A DNA stretch of 64,000 nucleotides from assembly GCA_965197925.1 (NCBI GenBank), contig CBDAOC010000020.1, forward strand, positions 1 through 64,000, given 5' to 3'. The position numbers were made by a program, and so were the translations under genes. A model generated the notes under the pieces. That model worked only from the letters and a program-made list of their open reading frames with translations, was not told the origin of the DNA and ran no database searches. The DNA comes from Nitrososphaerales archaeon (lineage in GTDB: Archaea; Thermoproteota; Nitrososphaeria; Nitrososphaerales; UBA213). How positions within the stretch are numbered: position 1 is the stretch's first letter; each line of letters starts with the position of its first letter. Of this stretch, positions 1 to 9,370 are shown in pieces.

Positions 1-45
1 AACTTCGTTATCCAGTAATGGATTTCATGGTTATGCAACAGGGCA
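1..45 (-). mobile_element. MITE copy 1 (partial, runs off window start)
   Basis: Matches the end of the ~140-bp repeat (GTAATGGATTTCATGGTTATGCAACAGGGCA); same orientation and same downstream flank as the copy at 40615-40752. Confidence 0.85.
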
Positions 46-61
46 CAGTTATTATGCCTCA

Positions 62-1239
62 TCATTTGTGCAAGGTACTGGTGATCTTGAATCGTTTTTC
101 GATGTATTGTTTGACATCCTCACGTTTTCCTTCGGGACAAAATACGTAGAATTTTCTTAAAGGTGCCGAGGATGCGGAAATCTCTCCTTCATCCTCAAAG
201 AAAGGAGCGGAACCGTCACGTTTCTTCAATAATATAGGTAGTTCATTTTTCTCCGCAAGGTGTTCATAAGGTGTGTATAGTTTGTTTTCCAATTTTTGGA
301 TATGAACAATTATCTGATCTGGATCAATTTTCACTGATTGGACAATATCCTTTTCCAATTCCAATTTTGACTTGGCGCTCATTTTTATTATCTTATCTCT
401 AACAGTTCCGTCCTTGATTTCGTCCTTGACTATTCGTACTCCAAACCCCCTTTTCAGTAATCTCCTATTCATGATGTCGTTAATCATTTTTTGCGAATTT
501 CCTTTTCCATTTCGAGCAATTTCTAGCATGATTGAGGCATCGTCCAATGAATAATAATATTTAAGAAATGCATCAAAATTCTTCTTCTTTGTAGGAATTT
601 TTAATTTAGATTTTGGAATTGTTCCATCGGAGACGGCCAACTGAAATGCCCGTAAAAACATGTCATCAGCAACAAGTCGTGTGTGGTGTTCATATACCTG
701 TGTATACATGGAATAGCGTGCCAGCCTATAACCTTCTACCGCTTCTTTTCCTTTATCCGTAATTGCTATATGATGTCCGTCTTCAGTATTAGCAAGATTT
801 CTAACGATTCTTTCAAGATCGAAAAAACCATAGAATGCGCCAGTATGGTAGGAATCCCTTCTTAGGTAATCAATCTTATCAGCATCAAGATTGCTAGAAA
901 TTATCTCTAGTAGTAGAGAATTGCACTTTTTTCCAAGTGTATTAATCACCAGTTTCTTTAAACCACCTATACCTTTGCTGAGTTCAACGTCGGCATCAAT
1001 GATAAATTGACTTGCGATTTCATGAGAAAAATTATTTCCGTTAATTTCCCTCATTGGAATTTCAAAAAGATGTCAGAAAAAAAGATGGGAAAAAGTCCCA
1101 TGTCAGACATCATGCAGCAAAGTCATCATTCGAACGACCGTCCTGCTCTCATCATCCATATGTAAAACACGGGCAATTCTGTCAGCTACATGAAGAGTTC
1201 CTAGTGAATGTTCAAACCTTGCATGAACTGCACTTGGAT
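62..1239 (-). pseudogene. HD-domain phosphohydrolase (YwfO/SAMHD1-like), disrupted duplicate
   Basis: Near-identical to 40769-42097; HDVGH became HDV*H, a 15-bp insertion adds another stop, and similarity ends at ~1239 so the 5' end is missing. Confidence 0.9.
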
Positions 1240-1359
1240 GGTTCTGTGTAATCTACGGTAGCTGTTTTCTTATGTGTAGTGTCGGTAGCTTGGATTTTTT
1301 GGCATTTTGAATATTTTTAACCTAATAGTCTTTAAATAAAAAATATAATGGGAACATGA

Positions 1360-2043
1360 ATGGATTTTATTGATGGATTAAAGAAATCAAGAAATATTTA
1401 TGCTGAATGCCCTCATTGTAATTTTATTTTTTCTTTGTTTGATGCTAGATTGATGCATGGGAAAAATCCACCTAAAGACTTGTTAGCAAAATCAGAAAAA
1501 CAAACAAAGATAGCACTAGAGAAACTAGAACAATTTAAAGAAAAATATGAGTTTGATTTGGATGAATTAAACCAAAAAATGAATGAATCTACATATAGGT
1601 TAAAAGATAAAATCAATCTAATGAATGAGGAATACAAAAACAACAAGAAAATACTTTCTGAAAAAATAAGACATATGAAATCAGATATTGCATACTCACA
1701 AAAAGAAATAATTAAAGAAGAGACATTGTTAGCTTTACTTCGGTCAAGAAGTGTAATAGAGGGTCACATTGCAGAATTATTTCCATTTTTCAATAAAACA
1801 AACTATAATCCAGCTGATCTATGTTCATTAATGCCAACTCAACCTATTGATTTTATTGTATTTGATGGACTATTCAAAAAAGATGTTTCATCCATAACTT
1901 TTCTTGATGTGAAAAAAGGCAGAGCTCAATTAAGTTCAACTCAAAAACAGATTAAAGACGTAATTAAAAATGGAAATGTTTCCATGAAAAAACTTGGAGT
2001 AAAATTTGATAGTGTTAAAGGAAATGCTAAGGAAGAATCATAA
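1360..2043 (+). CDS. Holliday-junction-resolvase-like PD-(D/E)XK endonuclease with N-terminal CxxC and coiled coil
   Basis: SRSVIEG..E, PIDFIVFDGL and FLDVKKG..QL motifs. Confidence 0.75.
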   Translation: MDFIDGLKKSRNIYAECPHCNFIFSLFDARLMHGKNPPKDLLAKSEKQTKIALEKLEQFKEKYEFDLDELNQKMNESTYRLKDKINLMNEEYKNNKKILSEKIRHMKSDIAYSQKEIIKEETLLALLRSRSVIEGHIAELFPFFNKTNYNPADLCSLMPTQPIDFIVFDGLFKKDVSSITFLDVKKGRAQLSSTQKQIKDVIKNGNVSMKKLGVKFDSVKGNAKEES

Positions 2044-2173
2044 ACTGATCTTCTTAGATTCTGGTGATCTACCAGAGCTAAACCCTCTAACGAAACATTT
2101 TGATTAAGAAGTGTATTTCTACAACCATAGTAAGAGAAAAATATCTACCAAGACAACTTCAAAGCGAAATCAG

Positions 2174-2608
2174 ATGATCAGAACAAAATCAATCTACAAG
2201 CAAGTAGATGAAGAAGATGGACTTAGAGTTTTAATCACACGCTTTTATCCAAGAGGCGTTAAGCGAGAAAAATATGATATTTGGGTAAGGTCACTAGCTC
2301 CTAGTGCTGAACTTCTAAAGAGATACAAAAATAATGAAATTGATTGGAATGATTTTAAAGATACATTATTTTGTGAGTTAAGAGACAACATAGATAGTGT
2401 TAAGGTAATTTACACACTACAGACAAAAAACCTGATGCAAAACATAACTTTGCTGTGTTATGAGAAGGATGGATGTCCATGTCATAGACACATGGTTAGG
2501 GATTTGATTGAAGATCCTAGATTGTTGCAATCAAACTTTGTATCTGAAGATACTAATGATCAAAAATCTACTTCTATGACGGTTCATGTTCCCGACAAGG
2601 AAACATAG
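2174..2608 (+). CDS. DUF488/YeaO family protein
   Basis: DGLRVLITRFYPRGVK, LAPS.ELL, TLLCYE...CHR; probable start at MIRTK. Confidence 0.85.
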   Translation: MIRTKSIYKQVDEEDGLRVLITRFYPRGVKREKYDIWVRSLAPSAELLKRYKNNEIDWNDFKDTLFCELRDNIDSVKVIYTLQTKNLMQNITLLCYEKDGCPCHRHMVRDLIEDPRLLQSNFVSEDTNDQKSTSMTVHVPDKET

Positions 2609-3331
2609 GTCATACCCTGATTCTCCTATGTGGAGATTATCCCACATTTGTTTCATATTTTTATTACCACGAATCCATTCGTAAACTCCCCATTCTAATA
2701 CTCCTTGTACATGATGTCCTTTTTTGGTTCTACAAGTTGGACATTGATATGTAATTGTAGGACGAACCTCATAGTTATTGATTGTAAGAAATGGATCTCC
2801 ATTTTCTAATGTAGTTTGTATTGTTATATCTGTCTCTTTTCTTTTTTCTAACTGTTTGGAAACAATTTTTGGTACGATAATTCCCAAACTTAGTTTTTTG
2901 TCATTAATATCTTCAATACATCCATATCCATAATTTGTTTTCAGTTCTTCAATTAATGCAACCCACTCTTTTCTCTCAAGTTTTCTCTTAACTTTGATCT
3001 TCTTTGATAGTGTATCCCATTCAGCTTTGGAACCTTGAATTTTCCAACTCTCATCCCTGCTATCCTGTTTGTTACGTTCAAGAGGAATTGAAATTATGTT
3101 CCAGCGTTTCATATGAGAACTTGGAGGTACTGGATAAATTCTAATCAAACCATGTTCTTTTGAATGTGCAACAGTACATACAGTTTTTCTATTATCACTA
3201 ATTTCATCAGGTACAGCATTTCCAAGCACTATCAAATCTTCAAAATATTTTCTCTCTACTTCTTCACGACGTTCTATATCATCAAATTGTTTTAAACCAT
3301 CAGACATGAGAAATTCTCCAAATAACACCAT
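2531..3331 (-). CDS. Conserved hypothetical protein of a family recalled next to DUF488 genes
   Basis: TVC...IRIYP, D.R.ES, CxxC...H, EWG, FLVGN...FLIISIF pattern; 266-aa ORF. Confidence 0.55.
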   Translation of the reverse strand: MVLFGEFLMSDGLKQFDDIERREEVERKYFEDLIVLGNAVPDEISDNRKTVCTVAHSKEHGLIRIYPVPPSSHMKRWNIISIPLERNKQDSRDESWKIQGSKAEWDTLSKKIKVKRKLERKEWVALIEELKTNYGYGCIEDINDKKLSLGIIVPKIVSKQLEKRKETDITIQTTLENGDPFLTINNYEVRPTITYQCPTCRTKKGHHVQGVLEWGVYEWIRGNKNMKQMWDNLHIGESGYDLCFLVGNMNRHRSRFLIISIFRYKV

Positions 3332-3707
3332 TTGTGTCTCTAATTCGTTTTAGTCCAATGTCTTTCTCTAATTGTCTAACCCATTTGTTGTTTGGTACCG
3401 TTTGCTCTAATTCTAGTGATTCTTTTAGTTCTGTCCATGTCATACCGTTATCTCTATGTTCTAATGCACTCTTGATTTTATCTCTAAATTCAGAATAAGG
3501 CATCTTTGGTTCTAATGATTTTGATGTCTTATTTTTAAGAGGTTTGGAAATAAAGCTAATTTGGATTCCATTACCTTGTATCATAGCCTTTAATTCACTC
3601 CCAGATTCCCATTTTAACTGATTAATCAAATCTTCTTGTAAAGTTACAATATACTTGAATTGTGACCTGTCACCATAATTATAGGCATGAACTTTTTGTA
3701 ATTTCAT
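3300..3707 (-). CDS. AbrB/SpoVT-like plus winged-helix DNA-binding protein
   Basis: KYIVTL...LKWESGSEL (AbrB-like) and C-terminal GMTWTELK helix-turn-helix. Confidence 0.55.
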   Translation of the reverse strand: MKLQKVHAYNYGDRSQFKYIVTLQEDLINQLKWESGSELKAMIQGNGIQISFISKPLKNKTSKSLEPKMPYSEFRDKIKSALEHRDNGMTWTELKESLELEQTVPNNKWVRQLEKDIGLKRIRDTNGVIWRISHV

Positions 3708-3759
3708 AACATCACTCTTTCTTCCATGTATTTTAAATTATGGTATCACAATGTATATG

Positions 3760-4628
3760 AAGTCATCCCAATACTCTCCAATACATCATAATCGACGAAA
3801 TGATAACAAATGCCAGATAGTTTTGTGTATTCTTCTCATATCTGATCCTGGTTCTGTGAAATCCATTCTTGAGCCATGCAAGGAATCTCTCAACTACAAA
3901 TCTTGTCTTGCTGTAATGTTTGCAATCATTATTTTGCAAGATGAACTTGGAATTTATTTTGTATGGGATGCAACATGCAATATTTCTATCCCACAAATAC
4001 ATTCTGATGTATTTTGCATCATACCTTGTCTGCATAAACTGGTTCTATCTGTTGTATTGAATCATCAAGATAGTCTGAAATTGATCCTGTAACATCCATG
4101 CATTTTGTACTGTCATGTTCATTTGCCGGACTCAGCAGTATGGATATTGGAAATCCGTTACCCTCTACTGCGGCATGTATTTTTGTACCTGTTATTCTCT
4201 TGAATCCATTATATCCAGTTACATTGCCCCTTTTTTATCAGGAATGGATGAAGAGTCAGCTGATTTTTTTAGACTAATTTTGCCAGATTTATGTGCTGAG
4301 TGAATAGTACGTGATAGAATCTTTTTCCAGATTCCTTTTTGTTGCCATTTGTTTAACCTTCTGTTTGCAGTAGAATCATCACCATATCTTTTTGGCATAT
4401 CGTCCCATCGGCATCCAGTAGTTAGAACATGGATTATTCCGTTAATGATTTTTCTATCATCATCCCTAGGCCTGCCAGTTTTTGCATGTGGTGGTATGTG
4501 TGATTCCATCATACTCCACTGTTTGTCTGATAATTCTTGGAATTTCATAAAATAATTTTAGATGTCGCTATTCATGGATCTAAATGGTCGCTAAAAATTG
4601 TCTAAATGGTTAGTTTTGAGATGAGTTG
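3760..4628 (-). mobile_element. IS5-family element (IS427/IS1031-like, two ORFs), frameshifted
   Basis: orfA ELSDKQW..GRP..TGCRW (4219-4548), A6G slippery site at the orfA end, orfB VVERF.AWL; terminal repeat CAACTCATCTCAAAAC. Confidence 0.9.
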
Positions 4629-5009
4629 ATTATAAAATCGGCTAACTCTGAGTGTGATATTTGCTCTAATTTCATGGAGAAAACCTCCTAATTTTGTGAC
4701 GTGGGCCTCAACCCAAGTTTTCGTGGATAATTCTGTTACGAGTATTCCCTCGAGTTTGTCATATCTCCATGGTAATGTGTGTGATTCATCGCAGTGCCTG
4801 TGAACAATATTAAAAAGTTGTCTGAGAGCTTCACTAATGATAACTTTCTTTTCCTTGGTAGGAAGCTCTTGTGTAATGGTAATATCTTCAAAGTCTATTT
4901 CTATTATTTCATCAGTAAAACAGGCTAGAGCTACGTGGTCAAAATACTTCAAACCTTTGGCTTTCAGTTGATATTCGAGCTCTTCAATTTGAGCTTGTGT
5001 AGACTTCAT
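4602..5009 (-). pseudogene. Gene truncated by the IS; possibly the N-terminal domain of an MCM-like helicase
   Basis: The last codons come from the IS end; KY.D.V, IEIDFED and II.EAL loosely resemble an MCM N-terminus. Confidence 0.3.
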
Positions 5010-5161
5010 TTTTGACCCTCCCCTAGGAAATATTCTATAGCCTCACGGACAAACTCCGAACGGTCTTTATTTCCTCTGATGCTGTCGATTCTATCGACTA
5101 AACTAATCGGTAGACCAATACCTATGGGGATTTTTCTATCGAGACTTCTAAATGTTTTCAT
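5006..5161 (-). CDS. Ribbon-helix-helix (CopG-like) protein, 51 aa, not in the ORF track
   Basis: Hand translation MKTFRSLDRKIPIGIGLPISLVDRIDSIRGNKDRSEFVREAIEYFL; ATGA overlap with the next gene. Confidence 0.8.
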   Translation of the reverse strand: MKTFRSLDRKIPIGIGLPISLVDRIDSIRGNKDRSEFVREAIEYFLGEGQK

Positions 5162-5216
5162 TTTCTAATTATTAGACAGGTAAGTAAACTTAAGAGTATT
5201 GCGTCATCTAAATTAG

Positions 5217-5825
5217 GTGACAAAATCCATGCGTAAAGGACTATTATCTGATTGGGAAAAGAAAGCACTAGAAAAGGAAACACTCGATAGAAGGTTAAAG
5301 CATAAGATTGAACAAAGGCTTACAACTAGTCTCGATGCTTTGACTAGAGATATTATGTATATAGTCTACTCTCGACACCTACTAAATTTCAATCGTAAAA
5401 ACTTGTCAAAGTGGCGGGCGTTACGAGTTGTATTAGATAGAGATTACAAATATCTAGTGGATACGGTAGATAGGAAGGATATTAAGATCAAAACCTTGGA
5501 CTTTGTAACGAAGGATGGTAAGGCTCATTATTACATACGAAACAGAGAAACGGTCATGTGTAATGACAAAACCAAGTTGATTGGATTCTCTCACTTAGAA
5601 AGCAATGAGGATGATAGATCATTGTTCGATACTGTTTCCCGCTTTATGGATAAGCTTGATCAGCTAAGAATTAGGCTAAGTCTCAGACGTATCAACCAAC
5701 CATACCCGAAAGGAATCCTGAAGAAGGCATTGAAACACGGTTTCCCATTTCCAGACAAGCCAGAAGAAGCTATCCCTCTTTTAAAAATACGCAGCTGGAT
5801 ACATCAAAAAGAACTTTCTAGATAA
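5217..5825 (+). CDS. Hypothetical protein, basic, mobile-element context
   Basis: 202-aa ORF divergent from the RHH gene. Confidence 0.6.
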   Translation: MTKSMRKGLLSDWEKKALEKETLDRRLKHKIEQRLTTSLDALTRDIMYIVYSRHLLNFNRKNLSKWRALRVVLDRDYKYLVDTVDRKDIKIKTLDFVTKDGKAHYYIRNRETVMCNDKTKLIGFSHLESNEDDRSLFDTVSRFMDKLDQLRIRLSLRRINQPYPKGILKKALKHGFPFPDKPEEAIPLLKIRSWIHQKELSR

Positions 5826-5830
5826 CAGAT

Positions 5831-5919
5831 GTAACGAATGTAACATGTTTTATTTATTTCCCTATAAATATGGTTATTCTTTTCCACAATAAAATAAGAG
5901 AACCTGTTACATGTGTTAC
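5831..5919. repeat. Inverted repeat of GTAAC units around an AT-rich spacer
   Basis: GTAACGAATGTAACATGTT (5831-5849) against AACCTGTTACATGTGTTAC (5901-5919), 16/19 inverted match. Confidence 0.7.
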
Positions 5920-6164
5920 CTACCTAAATGGGAATGAATCAAAGGTTATGTGAATTTTTCTCTTTATCAAAACCCTAGTCTTGTAATAGGATATGTTCTT
6001 AGAAGTTGATCTTGAAGTTGACTCTTGCAGCTAGGATGTATTGGGTATTCCTTAGGTAAGTTTTCCTGGTTTTGTCAACTGTATTCAGTTACGCTCACAT
6101 GAGTAGTTGAACCATATATATTGAAGAGAGCATAGTAGCGGTATACATCGTTACATTTATTAAT

Positions 6165-6722
6165 ATGTATAACAGTATATCTGTTCGTATGCCGAAGAAT
6201 ATGTCTACTGATGCTACAAAAACAAGTTCAAGAAAAGTAAAAAACATAGAAGTATTGGAACCACCGGAGATCATCAGAATAGGTATGACTATGCCTAAAA
6301 GATTACTTGACACGTTAGATCAAGCGGCAAAACTCTATGGAATATCTAGGTCTGAATTAGTCCAAGATGCGTGTCAAGATCTTACGAATAAGCTGTTGGG
6401 TACTGCGTGGTTAGAAGAAATGCTCCAACGAATGGATATTAAATATACTTCGAAGAAAAATCCTACTTATGATGTGGAAAAACTAATAAGTGCTATTTAT
6501 GAAGAATGTCCAACAAATCTACCGGATGTTAATCAGGCAGTTCTAACACCTAAACGCCTAGAATTAATAAAAAATGCCTTACAAGGTAGAAAGTCAACTG
6601 ACGATCCTGCGAATAAATGGCTGGAATTTTGTAATAAATGTGGGTTAGATCCAGAAAACATACCTAAAGACAAACCCGTACGCATTACCTTTGAAACTGA
6701 ATCAGATGATGATTATGGATGA
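6165..6722 (+). CDS. RHH/CopG-domain protein
   Basis: RIGMTMPKRLLDTLDQAAKLYGISRSELVQDA. Confidence 0.75.
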   Translation: MYNSISVRMPKNMSTDATKTSSRKVKNIEVLEPPEIIRIGMTMPKRLLDTLDQAAKLYGISRSELVQDACQDLTNKLLGTAWLEEMLQRMDIKYTSKKNPTYDVEKLISAIYEECPTNLPDVNQAVLTPKRLELIKNALQGRKSTDDPANKWLEFCNKCGLDPENIPKDKPVRITFETESDDDYG

Positions 6723-7729
6723 ATTCGCTTCAACGAAGCCCGGCTTTATTGACAAGGTCAGAAATAGACTATCTCCTTAACAAGAAACATGTAGATCCTA
6801 ATTATGAATATGTCATAAGACACAGGATAAAGGAGAAACTAGATCGATTCATTCAACTAGAAATACCATTATTGGAAAAGGCATCATTCTTACAGAATCT
6901 GATACTTTCTAACTGTAGATGGTATGGCCTGATGGGGACACAATATCCTGAGCTGTTCAGCAACTACCTCGAATTTTGCGGCTATAGAACAGGGTTTATC
7001 AAAACCAGTGTAATTAATTTACGGAAGGCATCTTTTTTCCATCCCACTACTCTTCTACCTGTATTGAATCTGGTGAGTCATCTTAAGAATATTATAGAAC
7101 CAGAAGATAACAATGTTCGGAACTATCTGTTAACTATTCTTGGCAAGGATTTGGAAAGCTCTGATAATAAATCTTACATACCATTGGTAACATTACCAGC
7201 GGAGCCCAATGAATGTGGATCAGTATTACAACGCATGTACCAACTGATTCGAACCGAAGTATTTGGGGGTGAACAAGCTTTGAAATACGTGGTGAGTGAA
7301 CTTGTAGATAATATTTACCAACACTCTTACTTCACCAAAGCTATGGTAATGGCCCAACGGTATGATAGTCGGGGGTTTACCGATCTAGGCCTTTTTGACG
7401 ATGGAATTACTATTGCGGGAAGCTTTGCGAAACATGGCATGACGTATTCTGAACGTCAATCCTTTAGAGCTATATCTGATGCTATTGCAGGTCTTTCTTC
7501 AAAAGGTGGCATTGAAAGAGGTTATGGTCTTAGCTCATCAGTTAGGATTTTCTTAGAGGGGCTTGAAGGTCAGGTTTTAATAGTGTCTGGCGATGGTGCT
7601 GTGTACATGAGCAAGGAGGAGAAATACGCTTACAATCTCACAGAGCCTTATAAACTCAAAGGCACACTCATTAGCTTAAGAGTCCAAAACCAAACTAAGC
7701 AAATTGATATATACAATTATGTCGAATAA
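6719..7729 (+). CDS. GHKL/HATPase_c ATPase or kinase without HisKA; the first ~65 aa may be a separate small protein
   Basis: N box ELVDNIYQHS, DDG, RGYGL, GT. Confidence 0.75.
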   Translation: MNSLQRSPALLTRSEIDYLLNKKHVDPNYEYVIRHRIKEKLDRFIQLEIPLLEKASFLQNLILSNCRWYGLMGTQYPELFSNYLEFCGYRTGFIKTSVINLRKASFFHPTTLLPVLNLVSHLKNIIEPEDNNVRNYLLTILGKDLESSDNKSYIPLVTLPAEPNECGSVLQRMYQLIRTEVFGGEQALKYVVSELVDNIYQHSYFTKAMVMAQRYDSRGFTDLGLFDDGITIAGSFAKHGMTYSERQSFRAISDAIAGLSSKGGIERGYGLSSSVRIFLEGLEGQVLIVSGDGAVYMSKEEKYAYNLTEPYKLKGTLISLRVQNQTKQIDIYNYVE

Positions 7730-7735
7730 TTAGGT

Positions 7736-8047
7736 ATGAGGCAAGAAGCGATCACAGTCAGGATAGCAGAAAAGATCTCAGCCGATCTAGCATTGAGAAA
7801 TGTGGCAGATGATTTTTTCGACTTGGAAAGTTTACCAAGCAACAATTTGACTGTTGATTTTGCTGGGGTACGTTCTATAAGCAGATCATTTGCTCATCAA
7901 TATACTACACGAAAAAATACCAGTAGTAAATTAATTAATGAAATAAATATGCCAGATAATGTAGTAAAGATGTTAGAAATTGTAAGGAACTCATCTTATA
8001 AATCCAAATATCTAAATCTAGATTCTATTAGGCCTATGACTGTGTAA
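7736..8047 (+). CDS. STAS-like (DUF4325-type) protein
   Basis: VDFAGVRSISRSFAHQY. Confidence 0.75.
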   Translation: MRQEAITVRIAEKISADLALRNVADDFFDLESLPSNNLTVDFAGVRSISRSFAHQYTTRKNTSSKLINEINMPDNVVKMLEIVRNSSYKSKYLNLDSIRPMTV

Positions 8048-8189
8048 ATTATTGTCTGTAATATAAGACAACGGCTCTGTTGATTCGGCTATTTCACCTA
8101 TTTTTATCCATTTAGACTCAAAATGCATTATTTTTTGCCATTTTTGAGGGGGGTATACTTGCATGAAATTAGGTTCAATTTTGGCCCAT

Positions 8190-8493
8190 CTAGTCTACCG
8201 AAACTCCAAAATTCTTGTACAAGGTTTCTTTCTGAACGGGGTCGTCAGGATCCAGGGTGCCTTTACGCCAATTTCTTAGAAACTGATTGGAGAACTTCAA
8301 ATGATCTATGCATTCCGTCTTGCTTCCAACTTTTTGTATTAGCTCTTGTGCTCGCTTGTCTAAGTCCAGGTTGAACCTTTTACATTTCGTATTGAAGTAT
8401 CCAACGGCTGTCCATTTACCCCTGATTTTGATGTATGCACGATACTTGTTACAGCCCAGCAAACGACATGCGGAATGGTTCTTCCTGTATACT
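8190..8493 (-). pseudogene. Hypothetical mobile-element gene, 3' part, cut by IS5
   Basis: Reading frame runs up to the IS end at 8494; shares 69 bp with 12416-12484. Confidence 0.55.
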
Positions 8494-9370
8494 TAATTTA
8501 TCCCAAAACTCTCCAATACATCATGATTGATGCGATGTTAACCAACCCAAAATAATTCTCCGCTCTTCTTTCATACCTGATTGCCATTCTATGGAATCCA
8601 CACTTGAGCCACGCAAAGAATCTCTCAACAACGTAACGTGTCTTGCTGTAATCGTTTTGGTTTGTTGTCTTGTTGTTCTTTGTCTTGAAATTTCTGTGTG
8701 AAATACAATCTAGAATATTTCTGCTTTTCAAATATTCTCTAATTGCTTTAGAATCATAACCCTTGTCTGCATAAACTGATGTAATTTGTTTTATTGAATC
8801 ATCATCTAGATAGTCAGAAATGTTTTCCATCACATCAATTAATCTAGTAGAGTCATGTTCATTTGCAGAACCAATAATTATTGATACTGGCAGGGAATTA
8901 CAATCAACTGCAACATGTATCTTTGTGCCTGTAATCCTCTTGAATCCATCATGTCCAATCACATTGCCTCTTTTTTGGCAGGAACAGTTGAGGAATCAAC
9001 TGATATCCTCTGCAGTTGTAGATTGCCAGATTTGTATGCAGATTTTATTGCACCTGACAGAATCTTTTTCCATACTTTCCTTTGCTGCCAGTTCTGTAAC
9101 CTGCGATGTGCAGTTGATTTTGAGCCATACTTTTCTGGCATCTCACGCCACCTGCATCCAGTAACTAGAACAAACATGATTCCATTTATCGTGACACGGT
9201 CATTACTCCTTGGTCTGCCTGTTCTTGCAGGTTTTGGAATGTATTTTTGCATCATCCTCCATTGCTTGTCTGTTAATTCTTGAAATTGCATGAGATGGTT
9301 CAATGACTAATTGCAAATAGATCTAATGATCGTCATTAATTCACTAAATGATCAGTTTTGGGACAAGTTG
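8494..9370 (-). mobile_element. IS5-family element (IS427/IS1031-like), apparently intact orfA/orfB
   Basis: orfA 8959-9303, orfB 8498-8962 with ADKGYD and VVERFFAWL; ends TAATTTATCCCAAAAC and GTTTTGGGACAAGTTG. Confidence 0.92.

Noticed and set aside
9358..9370. Native start codon of the 534-aa ORF
   Set aside because: It lies within the IS5 terminal repeat
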